Shown piece after piece: positions 48,001 through 63,000 of a stretch of 64,000 nucleotides of DNA. Origin of the DNA: Yuukianura sp. NJ FZ-2021 (taxonomy: Eukaryota). The translations under genes and the position numbers were made by a program. Each line of letters starts with the position of its first letter. Position 1 is the first letter of the stretch. The stretch lies in contig CM102286.1 of assembly GCA_046563655.1 (NCBI GenBank), forward strand, positions 8,122,001 through 8,186,000, written 5' to 3'. Below the pieces are notes generated by a model. It searched no databases. It was not told the DNA's origin and worked only from the letters and a program-made list of their open reading frames with translations.

Positions 48001-51000
48001 CAGTATCGTCAATGCCTAGCTGGGCAATGTGGATTTGCATATTAAGGTTAGAGCCAAGTTACAATGATAAATACATTGATACCAAACAAATATTACACCG
48101 GTACAAAATTTAAATTTTGCAGCCTTCCCATGAGCTTCCACAGATGTTTAATGAAATGAAATTTTTTGGCTGAAAATTTTAACCGAAACCGTGACCACTT
48201 ACATGTCAAGCGTTGCGTACAGTCAAGTTACAATATCGTCAATGCCTAGCTAAGCAATGTGGATTTGCATATTAAGGTTAGGGCCAAGTTACAATGATAA
48301 ATACATTGATACCAAACAAATCTTACACCGGTACAAAATATAAATTTTTCAGCCTTCCCATGAGCTTCCACAGTTGTTTAATGAAATGAAATTTTTTAGC
48401 TGAAAGTTTTAACCGACAACGTAACCACTTACACGTCAAGCGTTGCGTACAGTGAAGTTACAGTATCGTCAATGCCTAGCTGGGCAATGTGGATTTGCAT
48501 ATTAAGGTTAGAGCCAAGTTACAATGATAAATACATTGATACCAAACAAATATTACACCGGTACAAAATTTAAATTTTGCAGCCTTCCCATGAGCTTCCA
48601 CAGATGTTTAATGAAATGAAATTTTTTGGCTGAAAATTTTAACCGAAACCGTGACCACTTACATGTCAAGCGTTGCGTACAGTCAAGTTACAGTAGCGTC
48701 AATGCCTTGCTAAGCAATGTGGATTTGCATATTAAGGTTAGTGCCAAGTTACAATGATAAATACATTGATACCAAACAAATCTTACACCGGTACAAAATA
48801 TAAATTTTTCAGCCTTCCCATGAGCTTCCACAGTTGTTTAATGAAATGAAATTTTTTAGCTGAAAGTTTTAACCGACAACGTAACCACTTACACGTCAAG
48901 CGTTGCGTACAGTGAAGTTACAGTATCGTCAATGCCTAGCTGGGCAATGTGGATTTGCATATTAAGGTTAGAGCCAAGTTACAATGATAAATACATTGAT
49001 ACCAAACAAATATTACACCGGTACAAAATTTAAATTTTGCAGCCTTCCCATGAGCTTCCACAGATGTTTAATGAAATGAAATTTTTTGGCTGAAAATTTT
49101 AACCGAAACCGTGACCACTTACATGTCAAGCGTTGCGTACAGTCAAGTTACAGTAGCGTCAGTGCCTTGCTAAGCAATGTGGATTTGCATATTAAGGTTA
49201 GTGCCAAGTTACAGTGATAAATACATTGATATCAAACAAATATTACACCGCTACAAAGTATAAACTTTTCAGCCTTCCCATGAGCTTCCACAGATGTTTA
49301 ATGAAATCAAATTTTTTGGCTGAAAGTTTTAACCGACAACGTAACCACTTACACGTCAAGCGTTGCGTACAGTGAAGTTACAGTATCGTCAATGCCTAGC
49401 TGGGCAATGTGGATTTGCATATTAAGGTTAGAGCCAAGTTACAATGATAAATACATTGATACCAAACAAATATTACACCGGTACAAAATTTAAATTTTGC
49501 AGCCTTCCCATGAGCTTCCACAGATGTTTAATGAAATGAAATTTTTTGGCTGAAAATTTTAACCGAAACCGTGACCACTTACATGTCAAGCGTTGCGTAC
49601 AGTCAAGTTACAGTAGCGTCAATGCCTTGCTAAGCAATGTGGATTTGCATATTAAGGTTAGTGCCAAGTTACAGTGATAAATACATTGATATCAAACAAA
49701 TATTACACCGCTACAAAGTATAAACTTTTCAGCCTTCCCATGAGCTTCCACAGATATTTAATGAAATGAAATTTTTTAGCTGAAAGTTTTAACCGACAAC
49801 GTAACCACTTACACGTCAAGCGTTGCTTACGGTGAAGTTACAGTATCGTCAATGCCTAGCTAAGCAATGTGGATTTGCATATTAAGGTTAGGGCCAAGTT
49901 ACAGTGATAAATACATTGATATCAAACAAATATTACACCGCTACAAAGTATAAACTTTTCAGCCTTCCCATGAGCTTCCACAGATATTTAATGAAATGAA
50001 ATTTTTTAGCTGAAAGTTTTAACCGACAACGTAACCACTTACACGTCAAGCGTTGCTTACGGTGAAGTTACAGTATCGTCAATGCCTAGCTAAGCAATGT
50101 GGATTTGCATATTAAGGTTAGGGCCAAGTTACAGTGATAAATACATTGATATCAAACAAATATTACACCGCTACAAAGCGAAAACTTTTCAGCCTTCCCA
50201 TGAGCTTCCACAGATGTTTAATGAAATCAAATTTTTTGGCTGAAAGTTTTAACCGAAACCGTGACCACTTACATGTCAAGCGTTGCGTACAGTCAAGTTA
50301 CAATATCGTCAATGCCTAGCTAAGCAATGTGGATTTGCATATTAAGGTTAGGGCCAAGTTACAATGATAAATACATTGATACCAAACAAATCTTACACCG
50401 GTACAAAATATAAATTTTTCAGCCTTCCCATGAGCTTCCACAGTTGTTTAATGAAATGAAATTTTTTAGCTGAAAGTTTTAACCGACAACGTAACCACTT
50501 ACACGTCAAGCGTTGCGTACAGTGAAGTTACAGTATCGTCAATGCCTAGCTGGGCAATGTGGATTTGCATATTAAGGTTAGAGCCAAGTTACAATGATAA
50601 ATACATTGATACCAAACAAATATTACACCGGTACAAAATTTAAATTTTGCAGCCTTCCCATGAGCTTCCACAGATGTTTAATGAAATGAAATTTTTTGGC
50701 TGAAAATTTTAACCGAAACCGTGACCACTTACATGTCAAGCGTTGCGTACAGTCAAGTTACAGTAGCGTCAGTGCCTTGCTAAGCAATGTGGATTTGCAT
50801 ATTAAGGTTAGTGCCAAGTTACAGTGATAAATACATTGATATCAAACAAATATTACACCGCTACAAAGTATAAACTTTTCAGCCTTCCCATGAGCTTCCA
50901 CAGATGTTTAATGAAATCAAATTTTTTGGCTGAAAGTTTTAACCGACAACGTAACCACTTACACGTCAAGCGTTGCGTACAGTGAAGTTACAGTATCGTC

Positions 51001-54000
51001 AATGCCTAGCTGGGCAATGTGGATTTGCATATTAAGGTTAGAGCCAAGTTACAATGATAAATACATTGATACCAAACAAATATTACACCGGTACAAAATT
51101 TAAATTTTGCAGCCTTCCCATGAGCTTCCACAGATGTTTAATGAAATGAAATTTTTTGGCTGAAAATTTTAACCGAAACCGTGACCACTTACATGTCAAG
51201 CGTTGCGTACAGTCAAGTTACAATATCGTCAATGCCTAGCTAAGCAATGTGGATTTGCATATTAAGGTTAGGGCCAAGTTACAATGATAAATACATTGAT
51301 ACCAAACAAATCTTACACCGGTACAAAATATAAATTTTTCAGCCTTCCCATGAGCTTCCACAGTTGTTTAATGAAATGAAATTTTTTAGCTGAAAGTTTT
51401 AACCGACAACGTAACCACTTACACGTCAAGCGTTGCGTACAGTGAAGTTACAGTATCGTCAATGCCTAGCTGGGCAATGTGGATTTGCATATTAAGGTTA
51501 GAGCCAAGTTACAATGATAAATACATTGATACCAAACAAATATTACACCGGTACAAAATTTAAATTTTGCAGCCTTCCCATGAGCTTCCACAGATGTTTA
51601 ATGAAATGAAATTTTTTGGCTGAAAATTTTAACCGAAACCGTGACCACTTACATGTCAAGCGTTGCGTACAGTCAAGTTACAGTAGCGTCAATGCCTTGC
51701 TAAGCAATGTGGATTTGCATATTAAGGTTAGTGCCAAGTTACAGTGATAAATACATTGATATCAAACAAATATTACACCGCTACAAAGTATAAACTTTTC
51801 AGCCTTCCCATGAGCTTCCACAGATATTTAATGAAATGAAATTTTTTAGCTGAAAGTTTTAACCGACAACGTAACCACTTACACGTCAAGCGTTGCTTAC
51901 GGTGAAGTTACAGTATCGTCAATGCCTAGCTAAGCAATGTGGATTTGCATATTAAGGTTAGGGCCAAGTTACAGTGATAAATACATTGATATCAAACAAA
52001 TATTACACCGCTACAAAGCGAAAACTTTTCAGCCTTCCCATGAGCTTCCACAGATGTTTAATGAAATCAAATTTTTTGGCTGAAAGTTTTAACCGAAACC
52101 GTGACCACTTACATGTCAAGCGTTGCGTACAGTCAAGTTACAGTAGCGTCAGTGCCTTGCTAAGCAATGTGGATTTGCATATTAAGGTTAGTGCCAAGTT
52201 ACAGTGATAAATACATTGATATCAAACAAATATTACACCGCTACAAAGTATAAACTTTTCAGCCTTCCCATGAGCTTCCACAGATATTTAATGAAATGAA
52301 ATTTTTTAGCTGAAAGTTTTAACCGACAACGTAACCACTTACACGTCAAGCGTTGCTTACGGTGAAGTTACAGTATCGTCAATGCCTAGCTAAGCAATGT
52401 GGATTTGCATATTAAGGTTAGGGCCAAGTTACAGTGATAAATACATTGATATCAAACAAATATTACACCGCTACAAAGCGAAAACTTTTCAGCCTTCCCA
52501 TGAGCTTCCACAGATGTTTAATGAAATCAAATTTTTTGGCTGAAAGTTTTAACCGAAACCGTGACCACTTACATGTCAAGCGTTGCGTACAGTCAAGTTA
52601 CAGTAGCGTCAATGCCTTGCTAAGCAATGTGGATTTGCATATTAAGGTTAGTGCCAAGTTACAGTGATAAATACATTGATATCAAACAAATATTACACCG
52701 CTACAAAGTATAAACTTTTCAGCCTTCCCATGAGCTTCCACAGATATTTAATGAAATGAAATTTTTAGCTGAAAGTTTTAACCGACAACGTAACCACTTA
52801 CACGTCAAGCGTTGCTTACGGTGAAGTTACAGTATCGTCAATGCCTAGCTAAGCAATGTGGATTTGCATATTAAGGTTAGGGCCAAGTTACAGTGATAAA
52901 TACATTGATATCAAACAAATATTACACCGCTACAAAGCGAAAACTTTTCAGCCTTCCCATGAGCTTCCACAGATGTTTAATGAAATCAAATTTTTTGGCT
53001 GAAAGTTTTAACCGAAACCGTGACCACTTACATGTCAAGCGTTGCGTACAGTCAAGTTACAATATCGTCAATGCCTAGCTAAGCAATGTGGATTTGCATA
53101 TTAAGGTTAGGGCCAAGTTACAATGATAAATACATTGATACCAAACAAATCTTACACCGGTACAAAATATAAATTTTTCAGCCTTCCCATGAGCTTCCAC
53201 AGTTGTTTAATGAAATGAAATTTTTTAGCTGAAAGTTTTAACCGACACCGTGGCCACTTACACGTCAAGCGTTGCGTACAGTGAAGTTACAGTATCGTCA
53301 ATGCCTAGCTGGGCAATGTGGATTTGCATATTAAGGTTAGGGCCAAGTTACAATGATAAATACATTGATACCAAACAAATCTTACACCGGTACAAAATAT
53401 AAATTTTTCAGCCTTCCCATGAGCTTCCACAGTTGTTTAATGAAATGAAATTTTTTAGCTGAAAGTTTTAACCGACAACGTAACCACTTACACGTCAAGC
53501 GTTGCGTACAGTGAAGTTACAGTATCGTCAATGCCTAGCTGGGCAATGTGGATTTGCATATTAAGGTTAGAGCCAAGTTACAATGATAAATACATTGATA
53601 CCAAACAAATATTACACCGGTACAAAATTTAAATTTTGCAGCCTTCCCATGAGCTTCCACAGATGTTTAATGAAATGAAATTTTTTGGCTGAAAATTTTA
53701 ACCGAAACCGTGACCACTTACATGTCAAGCGTTGCGTACAGTCAAGTTACAGTAGCGTCAATGCCTTGCTAAGCAATGTGGATTTGCATATTAAGGTTAG
53801 TGCCAAGTTACAGTGATAAATACATTGATATCAAACAAATATTACACCGCTACAAAGTATAAACTTTTCAGCCTTCCCATGAGCTTCCACAGATATTTAA
53901 TGAAATGAAATTTTTTAGCTGAAAGTTTTAACCGACAACGTAACCACTTACACGTCAAGCGTTGCTTACGGTGAAGTTACAGTATCGTCAATGCCTAGCT

Positions 54001-57000
54001 AAGCAATGTGGATTTGCATATTAAGGTTAGGGCCAAGTTACAGTGATAAATACATTGATATCAAACAAATATTACACCGCTACAAAGTATAAACTTTTCA
54101 GCCTTCCCATGAGCTTCCACAGATATTTAATGAAATGAAATTTTTTAGCTGAAAGTTTTAACCGACAACGTAACCACTTACACGTCAAGCGTTGCTTACG
54201 GTGAAGTTACAGTATCGTCAATGCCTAGCTAAGCAATGTGGATTTGCATATTAAGGTTAGGGCCAAGTTACAGTGATAAATACATTGATATCAAACAAAT
54301 ATTACACCGCTACAAAGCGAAAACTTTTCAGCCTTCCCATGAGCTTCCACAGATGTTTAATGAAATCAAATTTTTTGGCTGAAAGTTTTAACCGAAACCG
54401 TGACCACTTACATGTCAAGCGTTGCGTACAGTCAAGTTACAATATCGTCAATGCCTAGCTAAGCAATGTGGATTTGCATATTAAGGTTAGGGCCAAGTTA
54501 CAATGATAAATACATTGATACCAAACAAATCTTACACCGGTACAAAATATAAATTTTTCAGCCTTCCCATGAGCTTCCACAGTTGTTTAATGAAATGAAA
54601 TTTTTTAGCTGAAAGTTTTAACCGACAACGTAACCACTTACACGTCAAGCGTTGCGTACAGTGAAGTTACAGTATCGTCAATGCCTAGCTGGGCAATGTG
54701 GATTTGCATATTAAGGTTAGAGCCAAGTTACAATGATAAATACATTGATACCAAACAAATATTACACCGGTACAAAATTTAAATTTTGCAGCCTTCCCAT
54801 GAGCTTCCACAGATGTTTAATGAAATGAAATTTTTTGGCTGAAAATTTTAACCGAAACCGTGACCACTTACATGTCAAGCGTTGCGTACAGTCAAGTTAC
54901 AGTAGCGTCAATGCCTTGCTAAGCAATGTGGATTTGCATATTAAGGTTAGTGCCAAGTTACAGTGATAAATACATTGATATCAAACAAATATTACACCGC
55001 TACAAAGTATAAACTTTTCAGCCTTCCCATGAGCTTCCACAGATATTTAATGAAATGAAATTTTTTAGCTGAAAGTTTTAACCGACAACGTAACCACTTA
55101 CACGTCAAGCGTTGCTTACGGTGAAGTTACAGTATCGTCAATGCCTAGCTAAGCAATGTGGATTTGCATATTAAGGTTAGGGCCAAGTTACAGTGATAAA
55201 TACATTGATATCAAACAAATATTACACCGCTACAAAGTATAAACTTTTCAGCCTTCCCATGAGCTTCCACAGATATTTAATGAAATGAAATTTTTTAGCT
55301 GAAAGTTTTAACCGACAACGTAACCACTTACACGTCAAGCGTTGCTTACGGTGAAGTTACAGTATCGTCAATGCCTAGCTAAGCAATGTGGATTTGCATA
55401 TTAAGGTTAGGGCCAAGTTACAGTGATAAATACATTGATATCAAACAAATATTACACCGCTACAAAGCGAAAACTTTTCAGCCTTCCCATGAGCTTCCAC
55501 AGATGTTTAATGAAATCAAATTTTTTGGCTGAAAGTTTTAACCGAAACCGTGACCACTTACATGTCAAGCGTTGCGTACAGTCAAGTTACAATATCGTCA
55601 ATGCCTAGCTAAGCAATGTGGATTTGCATATTAAGGTTAGGGCCAAGTTACAATGATAAATACATTGATACCAAACAAATCTTACACCGGTACAAAATAT
55701 AAATTTTTCAGCCTTCCCATGAGCTTCCACAGTTGTTTAATGAAATGAAATTTTTTAGCTGAAAGTTTTAACCGACACCGTGACCACTTACACGTCAAGC
55801 GTTGCGTACAGTCAAGTTACAGTAGCGTCAATGCCTTGCTAAGCAATGTGGATTTGCATATTAAGGTTAGTGCCAAGTTACAGTGATAAATACATTGATA
55901 TCAAACAAATATTACACCGCTACAAAGTATAAACTTTTCAGCCTTCCCATGAGCTTCCACAGATATTTAATGAAATGAAATTTTTTAGCTGAAAGTTTTA
56001 ACCGACAACGTAACCACTTACACGTCAAGCGTTGCTTACGGTGAAGTTACAGTATCGTCAATGCCTAGCTAAGCAATGTGGATTTGCATATTAAGGTTAG
56101 GGCCAAGTTACAGTGATAAATACATTGATATCAAACAAATATTACACCGCTACAAAGCGAAAACTTTTCAGCCTTCCCATGAGCTTCCACAGATGTTTAA
56201 TGAAATCAAATTTTTTGGCTGAAAGTTTTAACCGAAACCGTGACCACTTACATGTCAAGCGTTGCGTACAGTCAAGTTACAATATCGTCAATGCCTAGCT
56301 AAGCAATGTGGATTTGCATATTAAGGTTAGGGCCAAGTTACAATGATAAATACATTGATACCAAACAAATCTTACACCGGTACAAAATATAAATTTTTCA
56401 GCCTTCCCATGAGCTTCCACAGTTGTTTAATGAAATGAAATTTTTTAGCTGAAAGTTTTAACCGACACCGTGGCCACTTACACGTCAAGCGTTGCGTACA
56501 GTGAAGTTACAGTATCGTCAATGCCTAGCTGGGCAATGTGGATTTGCATATTAAGGTTAGGGCCAAGTTACAATGATAAATACATTGATACCAAACAAAT
56601 CTTACACCGGTACAAAATATAAATTTTTCAGCCTTCCCATGAGCTTCCACAGTTGTTTAATGAAATGAAATTTTTTAGCTGAAAGTTTTAACCGACAACG
56701 TAACCACTTACACGTCAAGCGTTGCGTACAGTGAAGTTACAGTATCGTCAATGCCTAGCTGGGCAATGTGGATTTGCATATTAAGGTTAGAGCCAAGTTA
56801 CAATGATAAATACATTGATACCAAACAAATATTACACCGGTACAAAATTTAAATTTTGCAGCCTTCCCATGAGCTTCCACAGATGTTTAATGAAATGAAA
56901 TTTTTTGGCTGAAAATTTTAACCGAAACCGTGACCACTTACATGTCAAGCGTTGCGTACAGTCAAGTTACAGTAGCGTCAATGCCTTGCTAAGCAATGTG

Positions 57001-60000
57001 GATTTGCATATTAAGGTTAGTGCCAAGTTACAGTGATAAATACATTGATATCAAACAAATATTACACCGCTACAAAGTATAAACTTTTCAGCCTTCCCAT
57101 GAGCTTCCACAGATATTTAATGAAATGAAATTTTTTAGCTGAAAGTTTTAACCGACAACGTAACCACTTACACGTCAAGCGTTGCTTACGGTGAAGTTAC
57201 AGTATCGTCAATGCCTAGCTAAGCAATGTGGATGTGCATATTAAGGTTAGGGCCAAGTTACAGTGATAAATACATTGATATCAAACAAATATTACACCGC
57301 TACAAAGCGAAAACTTTTCAGCCTTCCCATGAGCTTCCACAGTTGTTTAATGAAATGAAATTTTTTAGCTGAAAGTTTTAACCGACAACGTAACCACTTA
57401 CACGTCAAGCGTTGCGTACAGTGAAGTTACAGTATCGTCAATGCCTAGCTGGGCAATGTGGATTTGCATATTAAGGTTAGAGCCAAGTTACAATGATAAA
57501 TACATTGATACCAAACAAATATTACACCGGTACAAAATTTAAATTTTGCAGCCTTCCCATGAGCTTCCACAGATGTTTAATGAAATGAAATTTTTTGGCT
57601 GAAAATTTTAACCGAAACCGTGGCCACTTACATGTCAAGCGTTGCGTACAGTCAAGTTACAGTAGCGTCAATGCCTTGCTAAGCAATGTGGATTTGCATA
57701 TTAAGGTTAGGGCCAAGTTACAGTGATAAATACATTGATATCAAACAAATATTACACCGCTACAAAGCGAAAACTTTTCAGCCTTCCCATGAGCTTCCAC
57801 AGATGTATAATGAAATCAAATTTTTTGGCTGAAAGTTTTAACCGAAACCGTGACCACTTACATGTCAAGCGTTGCGTACAGTCAAGTTACAATATCGTCA
57901 ATGCCTAGCTAAGCAATGTGGATTTGCATATTAAGGTTAGGGCCAAGTTACAATGATAAATACATTGATACCAAACAAATCTTACACCGGTACAAAATAT
58001 AAATTTTTCAGCCTTCCCATGAGCTTCCACAGTTGTTTAATGAAATGAAATTTTTTAGCTGAAAGTTTTAACCGACACCGTGGCCACTTACACGTCAAGC
58101 GTTGCGTACAGTGAAGTTACAGTATCGTCAATGCCTAGCTGGGCAATGTGGATTTGCATATTAAGGTTAGGGCCAAGTTACAATGATAAATACATTGATA
58201 CCAAACAAATCTTACACCGGTACAAAATATAAATTTTTCAGCCTTCCCATGAGCTTCCACAGTTGTTTAATGAAATGAAATTTTTTAGCTGAAAGTTTTA
58301 ACCGACAACGTAACCACTTACACGTCAAGCGTTGCGTACAGTGAAGTTACAGTATCGTCAATGCCTAGCTGGGCAATGTGGATTTGCATATTAAGGTTAG
58401 AGCCAAGTTACAATGATAAATACATTGATACCAAACAAATATTACACCGGTACAAAATTTAAATTTTGCAGCCTTCCCATGAGCTTCCACAGATGTTTAA
58501 TGAAATGAAATTTTTGGCTGAAAATTTTAACCGAAACCGTGACCACTTACATGTCAAGCGTTGCGTACAGTCAAGTTACAGTAGCGTCAATGCCTTGCTA
58601 AGCAATGTGGATTTGCATATTAAGGTTAGTGCCAAGTTACAGTGATAAATACATTGATATCAAACAAATATTACACCGCTACAAAGTATAAACTTTTCAG
58701 CCTTCCCATGAGCTTCCACAGATATTTAATGAAATGAAATTTTTTAGCTGAAAGTTTTAACCGACAACGTAACCACTTACACGTCAAGCGTTGCTTACGG
58801 TGAAGTTACAGTATCGTCAATGCCTAGCTAAGCAATGTGGATGTGCATATTAAGGTTAGGGCCAAGTTACAGTGATAAATACATTGATATCAAACAAATA
58901 TTACACCGCTACAAAGCGAAAACTTTTCAGCCTTCCCATGAGCTTCCACAGTTGTTTAATGAAATGAAATTTTTAGCTGAAAGTTTTAACCGACAACGTA
59001 ACCACTTACACGTCAAGCGTTGCGTACAGTGAAGTTACAGTATCGTCAATGCCTAGCTGGGCAATGTGGATTTGCATATTAAGGTTAGAGCCAAGTTACA
59101 ATGATAAATACATTGATACCAAACAAATATTACACCGGTACAAAATTTAAATTTTGCAGCCTTCCCATGAGCTTCCACAGATGTTTAATGAAATGAAATT
59201 TTTTGGCTGAAAATTTTAACCGAAACCGTGGCCACTTACATGTCAAGCGTTGCGTACAGTCAAGTTACAGTAGCGTCAATGCCTTGCTAAGCAATGTGGA
59301 TTTGCATATTAAGGTTAGGGCCAAGTTACAGTGATAAATACATTGATATCAAACAAATATTACACCGCTACAAAGCGAAAACTTTTCAGCCTTCCCATGA
59401 GCTTCCACAGATGTATAATGAAATCAAATTTTTTGGCTGAAAGTTTTAACCGAAACCGTGACCACTTACATGTCAAGCGTTGCGTACAGTCAAGTTACAA
59501 TATCGTCAATGCCTAGCTAAGCAATGTGGATTTGCATATTAAGGTTAGGGCCAAGTTACAATGATAAATACATTGATACCAAACAAATCTTACACCGGTA
59601 CAAAATATAAATTTTTCAGCCTTCCCATGAGCTTCCACAGTTGTTTAATGAAATGAAATTTTTTAGCTGAAAGTTTTAACCGACACCGTGGCCACTTACA
59701 CGTCAAGCGTTGCGTACAGTGAAGTTACAGTATCGTCAATGCCTAGCTGGGCAATGTGGATTTGCATATTAAGGTTAGGGCCAAGTTACAATGATAAATA
59801 CATTGATACCAAACAAATCTTACACCGGTACAAAATATAAATTTTTCAGCCTTCCCATGAGCTTCCACAGTTGTTTAATGAAATGAAATTTTTTAGCTGA
59901 AAGTTTTAACCGACAACGTAACCACTTACACGTCAAGCGTTGCGTACAGTGAAGTTACAGTATCGTCAATGCCTAGCTGGGCAATGTGGATTTGCATATT

Positions 60001-63000
60001 AAGGTTAGAGCCAAGTTACAATGATAAATACATTGATACCAAACAAATATTACACCGGTACAAAATTTAAATTTTGCAGCCTTCCCATGAGCTTCCACAG
60101 ATGTTTAATGAAATGAAATTTTTTGGCTGAAAATTTTAACCGAAACCGTGACCACTTACATGTCAAGCGTTGCGTACAGTCAAGTTACAGTAGCGTCAAT
60201 GCCTTGCTAAGCAATGTGGATTTGCATATTAAGGTTAGTGCCAAGTTACAGTGATAAATACATTGATATCAAACAAATATTACACCGCTACAAAGTATAA
60301 ACTTTTCAGCCTTCCCATGAGCTTCCACAGATATTTAATGAAATGAAATTTTTTAGCTGAAAGTTTTAACCGACAACGTAACCACTTACACGTCAAGCGT
60401 TGCTTACGGTGAAGTTACAGTATCGTCAATGCCTAGCTAAGCAATGTGGATGTGCATATTAAGGTTAGGGCCAAGTTACAGTGATAAATACATTGATATC
60501 AAACAAATATTACACCGCTACAAAGCGAAAACTTTTCAGCCTTCCCATGAGCTTCCACAGTTGTTTAATGAAATGAAATTTTTTAGCTGAAAGTTTTAAC
60601 CGACAACGTAACCACTTACACGTCAAGCGTTGCGTACAGTGAAGTTACAGTATCGTCAATGCCTAGCTGGGCAATGTGGATTTGCATATTAAGGTTAGAG
60701 CCAAGTTACAATGATAAATACATTGATACCAAACAAATATTACACCGGTACAAAATTTAAATTTTGCAGCCTTCCCATGAGCTTCCACAGATGTTTAATG
60801 AAATGAAATTTTTTGGCTGAAAATTTTAACCGAAACCGTGGCCACTTACATGTCAAGCGTTGCGTACAGTCAAGTTACAGTAGCGTCAATGCCTTGCTAA
60901 GCAATGTGGATTTGCATATTAAGGTTAGTGCCAAGTTACAGTGATAAATACATTGATATCAAACAAATATTACACCGCTACAAAGTATAAACTTTTCAGC
61001 CTTCCCATGAGCTTCCACAGATATTTAATGAAATGAAATTTTTTAGCTGAAAGTTTTAACCGACAACGTAACCACTTACACGTCAAGCGTTGCTTACGGT
61101 GAAGTTACAGTATCGTCAATGCCTAGCTAAGCAATGTGGATTTGCATATTAAGGTTAGGGCCAAGTTACAGTGATAAATACATTGATATCAAACAAATAT
61201 TACACCGCTACAAAGCGAAAACTTTTCAGCCTTCCCATGAGCTTCCACAGTTGTTTAATGAAATGAAATTTTTTAGCTGAAAGTTTTAACCGACAACGTA
61301 ACCACTTACACGTCAAGCGTTGCGTACAGTGAAGTTACAGTATCGTCAATGCCTAGCTGGGCAATGTGGATTTGCATATTAAGGTTAGAGCCAAGTTACA
61401 ATGATAAATACATTGATACCAAACAAATATTACACCGGTACAAAATTTAAATTTTGCAGCCTTCCCATGAGCTTCCACAGATGTTTAATGAAATGAAATT
61501 TTTTGGCTGAAAATTTTAACCGAAACCGTGGCCACTTACATGTCAAGCGTTGCGTACAGTCAAGTTACAGTAGCGTCAATGCCTTGCTAAGCAATGTGGA
61601 TTTGCATATTAAGGTTAGTGCCAAGTTACAGTGATAAATACATTGATATCAAACAAATATTACACCGCTACAAAGTATAAACTTTTCAGCCTTCCCATGA
61701 GCTTCCACAGATATTTAATGAAATGAAATTTTTTAGCTGAAAGTTTTAACCGACAACGTAACCACTTACACGTCAAGCGTTGCTTACGGTGAAGTTACAG
61801 TATCGTCAATGCCTAGCTAAGCAATGTGGATTTGCATATTAAGGTTAGGGCCAAGTTACAGTGATAAATACATTGATATCAAACAAATATTACACCGCTA
61901 CAAAGTATAAACTTTTCAGCCTTCCCATGAGCTTCCACAGATATTTAATGAAATGAAATTTTTTAGCTGAAAGTTTTAACCGACAACGTAACCACTTACA
62001 CGTCAAGCGTTGCTTACGGTGAAGTTACAGTATCGTCAATGCCTAGCTAAGCAATGTGGATTTGCATATTAAGGTTAGGGCCAAGTTACAGTGATAAATA
62101 CATTGATATCAAACAAATATTACACCGGTACAAAATTTAAATTTTGCAGCCTTCCCATGAGCTTCCACAGATGTTTAATGAAATGAAATTTTTTGGCTGA
62201 AAATTTTAACCGAAACCGTGACCACTTACATGTCAAGCGTTGCGTACAGTCAAGTTACAGTAGCGTCAATGCCTTGCTAAGCAATGTGGATTTGCATATT
62301 AAGGTTAGTGCCAAGTTACAGTGATAAATACATTGATATCAAACAAATATTACACCGCTACAAAGTATAAACTTTTCAGCCTTCCCATGAGCTTCCACAG
62401 ATATTTAATGAAATGAAATTTTTTAGCTGAAAGTTTTAACCGACAACGTAACCACTTACACGTCAAGCGTTGCTTACGGTGAAGTTACAGTATCGTCAAT
62501 GCCTAGCTAAGCAATGTGGATTTGCATATTAAGGTTAGGGCCAAGTTACAGTGATAAATACATTGATATCAAACAAATATTACACCGCTACAAAGCGAAA
62601 ACTTTTCAGCCTTCCCATGAGCTTCCACAGTTGTTTAATGAAATGAAATTTTTTAGCTGAAAGTTTTAACCGACAACGTAACCACTTACACGTCAAGCGT
62701 TGCGTACAGTGAAGTTACAGTATCGTCAATGCCTAGCTGGGCAATGTGGATTTGCATATTAAGGTTAGAGCCAAGTTACAATGATAAATACATTGATACC
62801 AAACAAATATTACACCGGTACAAAATTTAAATTTTGCAGCCTTCCCATGAGCTTCCACAGATGTTTAATGAAATGAAATTTTTTGGCTGAAAATTTTAAC
62901 CGAAACCGTGACCACTTACATGTCAAGCGTTGCGTACAGTCAAGTTACAGTAGCGTCAATGCCTTGCTAAGCAATGTGGATTTGCATATTAAGGTTAGTG